DNA of 64,000 nt from assembly GCF_000142905.1 (NCBI RefSeq), contig NW_013657662.1:463021-527020 (forward strand). The letters are read 5' to 3'. The position numbers and the translations under genes are program-made. Below are positions 22,509 to 32,624 of the stretch, one piece after another (positions within the stretch are counted from its first letter, which is position 1; the number at the start of each line of letters is the position of its first letter). The DNA comes from Thecamonas trahens ATCC 50062 (taxonomy: Eukaryota > Protista > Apusomonadida). A model generated the notes under the pieces. That model did not search any database. It had not been told where the DNA came from and was given only the letters and a program-made list of their open reading frames with translations.

Positions 22509-23555
22509 CTAGAAGGCAAATACCTGCTTGCCGTCCGTGGCAAAGCCCAGGTCGGCGGCGATGGACTTCATGGCCTTGACCATCGGCTTGGGCCCGCAGA
22601 GCAGCATGCGGGTGGCCGGCGAGGCCGGCGGGAGCCAGGCCTGGATCATGTCGGCCGAGACGTAGCCAACGCCGCCGTCCCATTCGGGGCTCGGCGGGTT
22701 GTTGAGCACGTAGTAGACCGAGAACTGGTCCGGGTAGGTGGCAGCGAGCGAGTCAAGATCGTCCTTGAGCAGGATGTCCTCGTAGTTGACGTTGGCAAAG
22801 ATGAGGTTGAGCTTGGTGGTGTCCTCGGGATCCTCCAGCACTGCGGTGATGATCTGGAGCATGGGAGTGATGCCAGTTCCGCCGGCAATCATGCCGAGGG
22901 CGTCGGCCATGCCGCGGACGTACTTGAAGCGGCCCTTGGGCCCCTTGACGGCGATCTCATCGCCAGGCGCCATACGGTCGACATGAGTCGACATCTTGCC
23001 ACCCGGGTAGACCTTGATGACCAGGTCAAAGTAGCCAAGATCGGCGTCGCCCGAGACCGGGGTGTACTGGCGAGTCACCCGCTTGCCGTCGATCTCAGCC
23101 GAGAGAAAGAGGTGCTGGCCGATGGGGAGGCCGAGAACGTCGTCAGGATGCGGCAGAGCAAACCGATAGACAGCCGTGTTGTGCGTCAGCGGAATGCGCT
23201 CGAGGAGTCTGAAAAAGCTGTAACTCTTCCCGTCGAGCACCACCGAGCCCTTCTCTTGCCCTTGCGCCATCTTGTTTCCCTTCCCTAGCTCGAGCCAAGC
23301 CTTCAAAGCCGGAGTCTCTGTCGTCCAAGCCAGAACCGGACGAACTCTTCCACAATCTCCACTCTTTGTCTGAATCTCTTCTTCAGAACTCGATCCCTGT
23401 CCCCGAGCCGAACTCGCACCACATGCCGTCGCCGCTGCGGCCTGATCCCCTCCCGTCCGAGCCGAGCCACTGGAAGCCTGCCGCGCTACCGGTGCGCTCA
23501 CTAGCGCAGTATGAAGATGCCTAAGGAGCGAGAGATGTGCACGCGGCCGCAGCAT
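22509..23555 (-). CDS. NADH-cytochrome b5 reductase with an N-terminal mitochondrial-presequence-like extension (alternative ATG 23270)
   Basis: Motifs THNTAVYRFALP, LGLPIGQH, RQYTPVS, YFDLVIKVYPGGKMS, GPKGRF, MIAGGTGITPMLQ, LIFANV..EDILL, and LCGPKPM. Confidence 0.95.
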   Translation of the reverse strand: MLRPRAHLSLLRHLHTALVSAPVARQASSGSARTGGDQAAAATACGASSARGQGSSSEEEIQTKSGDCGRVRPVLAWTTETPALKAWLELGKGNKMAQGQEKGSVVLDGKSYSFFRLLERIPLTHNTAVYRFALPHPDDVLGLPIGQHLFLSAEIDGKRVTRQYTPVSGDADLGYFDLVIKVYPGGKMSTHVDRMAPGDEIAVKGPKGRFKYVRGMADALGMIAGGTGITPMLQIITAVLEDPEDTTKLNLIFANVNYEDILLKDDLDSLAATYPDQFSVYYVLNNPPSPEWDGGVGYVSADMIQAWLPPASPATRMLLCGPKPMVKAMKSIAADLGFATDGKQVFAF

Positions 23556-23965
23556 CCTTTCTTCTTGTTGTGCGTCGAGTGGTACGAGCTCCCGCTGTCT
23601 GGGTGGGCTTGGGGTGGGCGGGTCGGTGTGGGGGGAGCTGGTGTTGACGTGGCGCTCGCCGAGTGGCGGCGGCGAGGGTCGGGCTGATCGATGGCGGGGC
23701 GGTTCAGATCGGCGTCTGCAAGGGCGCCATTTGGTGCTGGTGGTGGTGATGGTGTGGTGTGGTGTGGTGTGGTGTGTGTGGGGGGGTGGGGTGGGGTGGG
23801 GTGGGGGGGGGGTGGGGGATGACGATGATGGTGATGATGGCGATGACTATGATGATGACTATGATGATGATGACGAGGTTATCACAACGATGATCAAGAC
23901 CATTGTCGTGACTATCATGTTCATCTTCTACAATGCTTGTCATTCTGTTCCTCACGCATGTGCGC

Positions 23966-24123
23966 CCGCCGTTTGCTGCAAAGTAACCAAAACCGACCAT
24001 GTCTGACCTCAGCCAGGCGCGCCGTCGTCGCGCTGCGTCATCGTCCGCCGTTTGCTGCAAAGTAACCAATACCGACCATGTCTGACCTCAGCCAGGCGCG
24101 CCGTCGTCGAGCTGCGTCATCGT
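23966..24123 (+). repeat. 79-bp direct tandem duplication (2 mismatches), each copy containing an ATG (23999, 24078)
   Basis: CCGCCGTTTGCTGCAAAGTAACCAA(A/T)ACCGACCATGTCTGACCTCAGCC... occurs at 23966 and 24045. Confidence 0.95.
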
Positions 24124-24432
24124 CATCACCTTCACCTCGCGAGTCGAGCTACCAGTTTGATCATCGCGAGTCGAGCAGCCAGCTTGATCATCGCGAGTCG
24201 TCATCACCTTCACCTCGCGAGTCGAGCAACCAGCTTGATCATCGCGAGTCGAGCAGCCAGCTTGATCATCGCGAGTCGAGCAGCCAGTTTGATCATCGCG
24301 AGTCGAGCAGCCAGCTTGATCATCGCGAGTCGAGCAACCAGCTTGATCGTCACCTTCATCTCGCAAGTCGAGCAGCCAACTTGATCATCGCGAGCCGAGC
24401 AGCCAGCTTGATCGTCACCTTCACCTCGCGAG
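24120..24432 (+). repeat. 27-bp minisatellite (TCGCGAGTCGAGCAGCCAGCTTGATCA) interspersed with a CGTCA(TCA)CCTTCACC motif
   Basis: About 9 units are directly visible. Confidence 0.9.
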
Positions 24433-24540
24433 TTTTGAGCCGAGTGACAGCTCGACGACGGGCCCTGTCCGGTGCGGTGGGCATAGAGGGGAGAGACAAC
24501 GGTAGGGATAGACTCGACTTTGGTTTTGAAAGGAGGTAGT

Positions 24541-26393
24541 ATGGAGGCGAGTAATGAGCTTGTGGGACCGAGTGGAAGTGGTCTGAGGTGGAATGGATGG
24601 GGATATGCTGATACTGAGTTCACCGTCACGGACAAGAATGAGTTGATGTTGTCGGGTCATCGCTATGAGCTCTCGGGCACACCACTGCCATCATTTCGTC
24701 CATGGGTAGAGGACAAGATGGGCTTGGATCTCAACGTATCAGATCCCCCACTTCCGCTTCATTCTGTCCTTCCTTCCGTTCCGCTTCCGGATTCCATCGT
24801 CATCCAATGGCTCAGGTCCTTGTCGCTCTCTCGCAGCCATCTCGACCACGCCAAGGCCGACGCCGATGGCGGTCAACCGTCGTCATCCAACTTGCCGCCG
24901 TCCAGTGTGGCCATCAAGCACTCGGTCGATCCTGTGACTCGGATTCATCACTCGCACGGCCACACCTGCCGCGAGGTGTGGCAGTTGCGAAAGGGTCAGC
25001 TGCCACGGGTGGCCGATGCTGTCGTCTGGCCGCTCACCGAGGACGCGGTGGCGGATGTGGTGGCGGCGGCGGCAGCGGCGGATGTGGTGCTCATGCCCTA
25101 CGGCGGTGGCACGTCGGTGACCAATGCGCTCACGCTTCCGGAGCGCGACGCTGAGCCGCGACCGATTGTGGTTGTCTCGATGGCCAAGCTCAACGCGGTG
25201 CTGGACGTCGATACCGTCAACATGACTGCCACCATCCAGGCCGGCGCCGTCGGCGCGGTGCTCGGCAAGGAACTGGCCGACGGGTGGGGTGTGACCATGG
25301 GCCACGAGCCGGACTCGTACGAGTTTTCCACTCTCGGCGGATGGATCGCCACCCGGGCCTCGGGCATGCAGAAGAATGTGTATGGCAACATCGAGGACAT
25401 CGTCATCTCCGTCACCCTCGTCACCCCGACCGGAACTGTCGTCAAGGACGCCGTCGTCCCACGTATCTCGGCCGGTCCTGACATCCATCACCTTGTTCTC
25501 GGCTCGGAAGGCACCCTCGGCATCATCACGTCGGCCATTGTCAAGGTCCGCCCGCTCCCGGCTGTCCGCAAGTACGGTGCCCTCATCTTCCCCGACTTTG
25601 ACGCCGGCGTTGCCGCCATGTACGACATTGCCCAGGCCCACGCTGCTCCGGCCTCCATCCGCCTGGTCGACAACAACCAGTTCCAGATGGGCCAGGCGCT
25701 CAAGCCGCCGACCTCGTGGTTTGCTTCGGCCATTGCCGCCGCCAAGAAGTTCTACGTCCTCTCCATCAAGGGCTTTGAGGCAGACACCATGGTCGCTGCC
25801 ACGCTGCTCTTCCTCGGCAACTCGGATGCCGACATTGCGGCCCAAGAGGCTGCGCTGTATCCGATCGCCGCCCGCCACGGCGGCATGCCGGCCGACGAGG
25901 AGAACGGCCGCCGTGGTTACGCGCTCACTTTCATGATTGCCTACATCCGCGACCTGGCCTTCCAATACTGCTTCCTCGCCGAGTCGTTCGAGACCTCGGT
26001 CCCCTGGTCCGGCGTCCGCCACCTCTGCACCTCGGTCAAAGCCGCCATTGTCGACGCAGCTGCAGCCCGGAGTATTCCGCGCGAGCCGTTTGTCACCTGC
26101 CGAGTGACGCAGACGTACGACACAGGCGCGTGCGTCTACTTTTACTTGCCTTTCTCGCCGTCGGCGTCGACAACGCCATGGACAAGTTTGACGAGATCGA
26201 GCACATCGCCCGCGTCGCCATCCTTGACGCTGGCGGCTCAATCTCTCATCACCATGGCATCGGCAAACATCGGGCCAGCTTTATGCCGCATGTCCAGTCG
26301 CCGGCCGCCAACGCAGCGCTTCGCGCCGTCAAGCGCGAACTCGACCCGACCAATGTGTTTGCCTCGGGCAACGTCCTGCCAGCCAAGCTGTAA
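24541..26393 (+). CDS. AGPS: Alkylglycerone-phosphate (alkyl-DHAP) synthase, with a 1-nt frameshift at about 26146 and a C-terminal PTS1 (-AKL)
   Basis: Motifs LRWNGWGYADT, HSHGHT, PYGGGTSV, GHEPDSYEFSTLGGWIATRASGMQKNVYGNIED, GSEGTLGIIT, ESFETSVPW, and CRVTQTYDTGACVYFY. The next frame gives SISHHHGIGK...DPTNVFASGN.LPAKL*. Confidence 0.95.
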
Positions 26394-26408
26394 ACCGACT
26401 CGCCGCCA

Positions 26409-29400
26409 TCACCGCCGCCGCGACCGCCGCCGCCGCGAGCCGGATCGTGACCGCGACCGGCCGTCCACCGACTCGGCCGCTATACTCGCTGCCGCTGTGC
26501 TCAGCTCGTCGATCGACTCTTGGAACGAGCGGATGTTCTGCCACGAGCGAGCCTGGTCGGTGCCGGGCCCAAGCGACGAAGCCGAGCCCGGTACCGGCGC
26601 GTGCCCACCTTCGCCGGGCGGCATGAACGGAGCGAGGCCGCTTGGCGAGCTCACAGTTGCCGGCCGCGGTCGGCTGAGCATGGCAGCCGGCGCGGTGGAG
26701 AGCGCAAAGGCTCGACCGGCCCCCGGCTCGGCGGTGACGCTTGACGCGGTGCCGGCGACACGGCGCGGGGCGCCGGTTACCCCGTGCCGTGCTCCGCGGG
26801 TGTTGACGACCGGCGCTGACTCGGCGAGGCTTGGTGGTGCGCGCGACGACCATGAGCCTCCGGCCGAGCGCGACGAGCCGGTGTCGGCGTCAGCGTCGGC
26901 GTCGGCAATGACGGCGCGGATGCGGCCGACGTTCTGCTGCACGCCGAGCGATCTCGAGCCCGAGCCGCCGCGCGGGAGCGGGCCACCTCCCGACGACGCG
27001 CCGGTTCCGACGTGCGGGCGGGCAAAGGCTGGAGCCGCCACGGCAGCATTGCGACCGTGCGAACCGTTGGTGGGGTCGGTGATGGCCTGGATGTGGCCCT
27101 CGGGCTCGGCCTCAAAGGCAAAGCCCGACGGGTGCGGGAGAATGGCGTCGGGCCAGACGGGGACAACTGTTTGCAGGAGAGTGTGGACGGCCTGAAGGGC
27201 GGCGCGGATGCCGATGTGCTCGTCGTCGGCTGTCACCTTGAGCTCCTTGACAATGTCGGCAGGCTCCGGGTAGTACCAGCGGCGAAGGTACTTGAGGGTG
27301 TAGTCGGGGAGGAGGGCGAGGACTGGAACAAGAAGACCCAAGAACCAAAAAGTCGGAGTGGCGATGACGGTTGTGCCGACAAAGTACATGTTGACGGCGT
27401 CGCGGAAAAAGGAGGCGACGTAGGAGAAGCCCACGAGCCAGCCAAAGTAGAGGACGAGCGAGGCAGCGAGGGCCGAGACGGTGACAATGTTCCAGGTGGA
27501 GAGCTCGAGGGCGGCCTTGAGGTTGACGGCGATGACGACTGCGGTAAAGATGTGGACGCCGTTGGAGAAGAGGCCAAAGACGCGGCCATCGGGCCCGTGG
27601 ACGTTGTGGGCGAGGGCAGCCTCAACAAAGAAAAAGAAGACGATCGAGTGAAAGACGGCCGAGGCGACCCACGAGGCAAAGGCCCAACCATCAAAGTACT
27701 TGTTGTCCTGCCCGCGGTAGTAGAGCTTTGGATATTGAAGGAGCGAGGTTCGCCGAAGGACTTGGTCGTAGAGGCCCATGGTGATGATTGGAAGGGCGGT
27801 GAATAGGGTATTGTACATGGCGATGGTCCACCGCTCGACAAAGGTTTGCCCGGAGAAGCCGTTGAAGAAGACAAACCAAAAGGGAATGAGGGTGAGCGCC
27901 ATGTTCTTGTAGAAGCAGTAGAAGATGAGAGTCGAGATGCGGTGGTAGCACCAGTGGCCGTGGACGAGGAGTAGCGGGAGGAGGAAGCGGAACTGGGCGA
28001 GAGCGTAGTCGGCCGCCAGCGCCGCCTGGCCACCCTCCTCGCCCGAGATGCCAATGCCGATGTTGGCCTCGCGGATCATGTCGACGTCGTTGGCACCATC
28101 GCCGATGGCGAGAGAGACCGGGTCGAGGTGAGCCTGGACGAAGCGGACCATCTGAGCTTTTTGAGCTGGCGAGACCCGGCAGCCAATGACAGAGACGCAC
28201 TCGACAGCGAGGTCGAGAAAGGCCTCACGGAGGCGGACGGTGAGCATGTCCTCCTCCTCGACAGGGTTACGGAAGCGGTCAAAGAGCGAGAACGAGCCTG
28301 AGCCGGGCTCACCGAGGATCATGCGCATGGTGTAGCCATCGATGACGACAGCGTAGTTGACAGCCTCGGGGCCGTCGATGGCAGACGCGATGGCGGCGAC
28401 TTGGTCCTCCATGAACGAGAGGAGGAGGGCCCGGACGCGGTCGAGCTCGTCGCGGTTGGTTGCGACCTTGGCCTCTTCGGACGCGTTGAGGACAATGACC
28501 TGCATGTTAGGGGTAAGGAGCTGGCACGAGTACCCGATCATGATGGCGGTCTCCTGCTTATCGCCAGTGAGGACCCAGACCTTGATGCCGGCTTCGCGGA
28601 GCGTGGCGAGCGCCTCGGGCACACCGTCCTGCAGCTTGTCCTCGATGGCAGTGGCGCCGACAAGGACCAGCTCCGACTCGATGTCATCGTAGATGGCGGC
28701 AAGCGCCGCCGACTTTTCCGAAGACTCGGGCAAGTTCTCCAGGCGGTCGAGCTCTTCGGACCACGAGGCCCAGAGGCCCGGCGAGACGACGCGCTTGGCC
28801 ACGACCAGGGTGCGAAGGCCCTGAGCGGCGAAACGGTCAAGGTGAGACTGGGTTGACGGCGCGATGCGCGAGTTGTTGAGCGTGAACGAGTCGAGCAGTT
28901 CCATGACGACCACATCTGCACCCTTGGTGAGGACGAGAATCTCGCCGTTGGGTCGCTGGACCACAACTGAAGAGCGCTTGCGGGCCGAGGTGAAGGGGAG
29001 GATGGCGAGGATGGGGTACTCGACGTCCTGGCCAAAGACTGAGACTGTGACGGACGAAGGGGTGCGGGTGTGAAACTCGTAGCCAAACATCTTGGCTGCG
29101 TTGACGAGGGCGCCTTCATCCGGCGAGGCTGCCTGGTAAATGACGGCCGGCTTGGATCCGTCATTGGCGTCATCGTTGGCCACGTCGTCGTCCGAGTCGT
29201 TGCCGCCGACAAAGTCGATTTCAGGAATGACGGTGTGACAGACGCCGAGGAGCTCGGCAAACTCGCGGATGGCATCGCCGGTCTCTGGGTCGAGGAGCGC
29301 GGCCTTGAGCCGGTCGCCGTCATCATCAAAGACGACGTGCGGAATCGGCCGGCCCGTGAGGAGCGGACAGTTGGCCGGTTGCGGCCCCGCGTCACGCAAG

Positions 29401-31592
29401 CCATAACTTGCGTGATGCTTCTCGCTCGCCTCTTCTTGCTCCTCGAGTGAAGCACCGCTAGACGATAGCGAGCAGCCTTGGAGGTTGCGATGTCGAGGCG
29501 GCGGCGGCGACGCGCCCGCCTGCCCTGCGGTTTGACGACGCCAGCGAGTGCTTGTCTCATTGGTAGGGTTGTGGGCAATGGCTGACGAAGACGAGGCACG
29601 AACAAGGGTGTGGGATGAGGTGTCCGAAGCCTGACCGGCAAGCTGCGATTCAGCGTAGCTTGCATGGCTGGTGCCGTCGAGGGTTGGCGCGACGCGCGGC
29701 GGAACAGCGCGGCGCGCCGAGACCGGCGGCGAGATGGTTTGGATGGGCATGACGTTGCGTGGCGGGATGCGCGGAGCGGCGGGCTTGTTGATACGACCTG
29801 GTGGAAGGGAGCGAACCGAGGACGGTCGTCCGGCTTCCTGGGCGGTGCTTGAGTCTGAAACGGGGGACGACGATGATGATGATGAGGAGGAGGCCGCGGC
29901 GCGGATATTGTCGGGCTCATCGCCAGGGCCCAGGCCTTGAGGTGTGTTGGCGAGAGTGCCGGCGAGGGCCTTGGACGAGGTGTGCGGTGATGGCGGGTCC
30001 GAGATAGATGAGCTTGAGGAAGACGTTGTCGCCGCCGACGATGAGGAGCGGCGACGGTGGCTGGTGCGCTTGGGCGGCGCAAGGTGGGCCGAGGAGACCG
30101 AGTCTGCGGACGAGTCGGAGGCGTCGTGTTTGGCGGAGGCGTGCGAGACGTGGGTTGCGATGTGGTCGGCCTGCGAGGGGGCGTGGACGAAAAAGGCAGT
30201 GTCCGCGCCGTAGGCGACGCCGTTGATGGAGCAAGCCTTGAAGGCCATGTAGTTTTGAGTAAGTGTGCCGGTCTTGTCTGAGAAGATGTACTGGACCTGG
30301 CCGAGCTCCTCATTGAGCGAGGAGGTGCGCGACATGGCGGGAGTGTCCTTGGGCGGGTAGTACATGGTGATGTCCTGGTCGATGAGCTTGGACTGGCCAA
30401 ACTTGACGGTTTCCATCGAGACGTAGAGCGAAATGGGGATGAGGGTGGAGAAGAGGATGACAAAGGTGAGGAAAGAGAGAGCGCCAGCAGCGCGTGGGTT
30501 GACGTTGCCAAGGGCGAGGTAGTGGGCCGAATGAGTGTTGCGGCGGAGCCAGACTGAGTTGCCGACGGCGCAGACAAGGCAAAGAGAGACCTCAAGAATA
30601 AACATGCCGATGATGAGGCGATTTGTGAGGCGCTCGACGCGCGACTGCTTCATGCGGACGCGGTTGGACGACTTCATGATCTTGGTGTCACGGCCAGTGT
30701 AGACGACGAGACCGTAGATCTCTGCGGTGTTGCGCAGTTGCGAGTCGCGGAGGAGGATTTGCTGGTTGGTGACCTTGATGCCCGAGGCGAGGGTGGCAGC
30801 CTGCGGGCGGGCGCGCGAGGCCTCGGAAAATTGCATCAGCGAGCCAGCCGAGGGCAGGGCGCGGAGCGGGGGGCGTTGGTGCGAAGCGGGCGGCGGCTGG
30901 ACGCTAGCCGAAAAGTGGTGAGGCGGAAGGAGGCGAAGGACACCGTTGAAGGAGTACATGGCCGAGTTTGGCGGATCGCACTCGAGCTCTGCACGGAGCG
31001 AGAGCAGCTGGTCAAGGTCCACGGAGGCCGTGGCGGGAGGGGCCTGGCGGATCTTGAGGTTTGACTCGCCGTCGAGGTTTGAAGTCTCGATGTAGCACAT
31101 ACCCTGCGGGCCGGAGGAGGCGATGACCATGATGTCAGCGGGGAAGAACTGCTTGTTGGTGACGTTGACAATGTCACCTACGACGAGATCCTGCCAGCGG
31201 ACGGGCATCTTGACGCCGTTTCTCACGACTATGGTCTGACGTTGATTGACAACTCGATCATTGACATGACGATGATAGTCCTCAAGAGCCTCCTTGATGG
31301 CGGTAAACATGAGAACAATGGCAAGGGTCATTGCCACCGTGCCTGTGCCCAGAGGAGAGACACCGGGGATCTGTTGCAAGACGGCGATAAAGAGAAAGTA
31401 AACGTTGGCAATGCGATGGAACTGTTCCCAGAGGTTCTTCGGAACAAAGTTGAAGACGGTGTACTTTGACGTCGTTGTGTAGTTGGAGTTGAACTCGAGC
31501 GAGTCATTGTACTCTCTGTCATTCATCCGCAGCTTGCGCGGGACGACTGTCGGGGCAACCCGAACACCACGGGACGGCCACGGCCAGCACAT
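26409..31592 (-). CDS. P4-type ATPase phospholipid flippase (Drs2/ATP8A-like)
   Basis: Motifs NYTTTSKY..FNFVPKNLWEQF, CYIETSNLDGESNLK, IPISLYVS, FSDKTGTLT (phospho-Asp), ASPDEGAL, GATAIEDKLQDGVP, VWVLTGDKQETA, CRVSPAQK, AIGDGANDV, and C-terminal GFAF. Confidence 0.97.
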   Translation of the reverse strand: MCWPWPSRGVRVAPTVVPRKLRMNDREYNDSLEFNSNYTTTSKYTVFNFVPKNLWEQFHRIANVYFLFIAVLQQIPGVSPLGTGTVAMTLAIVLMFTAIKEALEDYHRHVNDRVVNQRQTIVVRNGVKMPVRWQDLVVGDIVNVTNKQFFPADIMVIASSGPQGMCYIETSNLDGESNLKIRQAPPATASVDLDQLLSLRAELECDPPNSAMYSFNGVLRLLPPHHFSASVQPPPASHQRPPLRALPSAGSLMQFSEASRARPQAATLASGIKVTNQQILLRDSQLRNTAEIYGLVVYTGRDTKIMKSSNRVRMKQSRVERLTNRLIIGMFILEVSLCLVCAVGNSVWLRRNTHSAHYLALGNVNPRAAGALSFLTFVILFSTLIPISLYVSMETVKFGQSKLIDQDITMYYPPKDTPAMSRTSSLNEELGQVQYIFSDKTGTLTQNYMAFKACSINGVAYGADTAFFVHAPSQADHIATHVSHASAKHDASDSSADSVSSAHLAPPKRTSHRRRSSSSAATTSSSSSSISDPPSPHTSSKALAGTLANTPQGLGPGDEPDNIRAAASSSSSSSSSPVSDSSTAQEAGRPSSVRSLPPGRINKPAAPRIPPRNVMPIQTISPPVSARRAVPPRVAPTLDGTSHASYAESQLAGQASDTSSHTLVRASSSSAIAHNPTNETSTRWRRQTAGQAGASPPPPRHRNLQGCSLSSSGASLEEQEEASEKHHASYGLRDAGPQPANCPLLTGRPIPHVVFDDDGDRLKAALLDPETGDAIREFAELLGVCHTVIPEIDFVGGNDSDDDVANDDANDGSKPAVIYQAASPDEGALVNAAKMFGYEFHTRTPSSVTVSVFGQDVEYPILAILPFTSARKRSSVVVQRPNGEILVLTKGADVVVMELLDSFTLNNSRIAPSTQSHLDRFAAQGLRTLVVAKRVVSPGLWASWSEELDRLENLPESSEKSAALAAIYDDIESELVLVGATAIEDKLQDGVPEALATLREAGIKVWVLTGDKQETAIMIGYSCQLLTPNMQVIVLNASEEAKVATNRDELDRVRALLLSFMEDQVAAIASAIDGPEAVNYAVVIDGYTMRMILGEPGSGSFSLFDRFRNPVEEEDMLTVRLREAFLDLAVECVSVIGCRVSPAQKAQMVRFVQAHLDPVSLAIGDGANDVDMIREANIGIGISGEEGGQAALAADYALAQFRFLLPLLLVHGHWCYHRISTLIFYCFYKNMALTLIPFWFVFFNGFSGQTFVERWTIAMYNTLFTALPIITMGLYDQVLRRTSLLQYPKLYYRGQDNKYFDGWAFASWVASAVFHSIVFFFFVEAALAHNVHGPDGRVFGLFSNGVHIFTAVVIAVNLKAALELSTWNIVTVSALAASLVLYFGWLVGFSYVASFFRDAVNMYFVGTTVIATPTFWFLGLLVPVLALLPDYTLKYLRRWYYPEPADIVKELKVTADDEHIGIRAALQAVHTLLQTVVPVWPDAILPHPSGFAFEAEPEGHIQAITDPTNGSHGRNAAVAAPAFARPHVGTGASSGGGPLPRGGSGSRSLGVQQNVGRIRAVIADADADADTGSSRSAGGSWSSRAPPSLAESAPVVNTRGARHGVTGAPRRVAGTASSVTAEPGAGRAFALSTAPAAMLSRPRPATVSSPSGLAPFMPPGEGGHAPVPGSASSLGPGTDQARSWQNIRSFQESIDELSTAAASIAAESVDGRSRSRSGSRRRRSRRR

Positions 31593-32233
31593 GCGCCTAA
31601 CGAGTAATAGTGGTGGGGTGAGGGAGAGGAGCGAGCGAGCGAGAGAGAGGTGGTGGTGGAGATGTAGAGAGTGTGTGTGGTGAGGGTGTGGAGGTGATAG
31701 GTGTGAGAGTGTGGCTGTGGGTGCGGTGCGGGGGAGGGTGGTGGTGGGTGGCGCGGAATTGAGCTGGAACTGTTGATGATGGTGGAATGTGGTGGTGGTG
31801 GTGGTGGTGGTGGGGTGGGGGGGGGGGATGGGGATTGGGGGGAAGTAAGAGGGAATGCGATGGGGTCGAGTGATGGTGGTGGCGGACTGGTGTGTGATGG
31901 TTAGAGCAAGTGATGGCTAGCGTGTGTGATGGTGCTGACTGACATGGTCGTGGGATGTGTCCACGGGGGGGGGGAGGGGGGGGGGAAGAGAGTGAGGGAC
32001 GAGAAGAGTGGGCTTGGGCTGGTATGGGGATGGATGACAGTCGTAGAGTCAAAGTTGGAGTCGAAGTCGGAGGGATCGGGTCGGGATCGGGTTGGGACTC
32101 GGCGAGAGTAGCCAGGGACGGGGTTTGGAGGAGTGGCAGTTGATCGGTGGCTGGAAGAGTGAACTGCTGGCCGAGGATTGTTGACGGCGCAGAGTCTACG
32201 GCTGGCGATGGCGCACAGGCGAAGCGGCAGCGA

Positions 32234-32569
32234 ATGCTGGTTTGTCAATCATCTCTGGCTCCTGCATTGGTGGCCATGGTCCCTCCTTCGGCCTCAGCAG
32301 CGGATGTGCTATACACGCGCGTAGCGCACGGTGCTTCCGTCCCGCCGATAGTTGTCGCAGAGACGATGCAGTGTGCAGGATGTGACGACAAGGTCGTGTG
32401 TGTGTGTGAGTGTGTGTGTGGGGGTTGGGTGTGTGTGTGGGGGCTGTTTGGTCTTGTGGGTGAAACCATGTGGCAGCATCTGGGTGATGACTGTGGCTGG
32501 CTGTGTGCCCTTTTTGTTGCGCGACGTCACACTCCAGCTGTTGGCAACCGTGGGCGTCATGGCCGTTGA
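32234..32569 (+). CDS. Possible small spliced gene (intron 32393-32476) yielding a CxxCx3Hx4C zinc-knuckle-like motif
   Basis: A GT..AG intron filled with (GT)n can be removed to give MQCAGCDDK|HLGDDCGW. I recognise no homology. Confidence 0.25.
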   Translation: MLVCQSSLAPALVAMVPPSASAADVLYTRVAHGASVPPIVVAETMQCAGCDDKVVCVCECVCGGWVCVWGLFGLVGETMWQHLGDDCGWLCALFVARRHTPAVGNRGRHGR

Positions 32570-32624
32570 TTGCTGCAAAAGCAGCTAGTCATACTTATCT
32601 CTAGCTGTTGTAAGAACAAAGAAA

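Noticed and set aside
24120-24432. Repeat array as a CRISPR
   Set aside because: The units are head-to-tail with no unique spacers, there are no cas genes, and the context is eukaryotic.
24531-24543. AGGAGG before the AGPS ATG as a Shine-Dalgarno site
   Set aside because: This is a nuclear gene in purine-rich sequence, so a single occurrence is expected by chance.
26150-27195. 891-aa AGPS with a long C-terminal extension overlapping the flippase
   Set aside because: It is an artefact of the frameshift at about 26146. The true C-terminus (HHHGIGK...AKL) is in the other frame.
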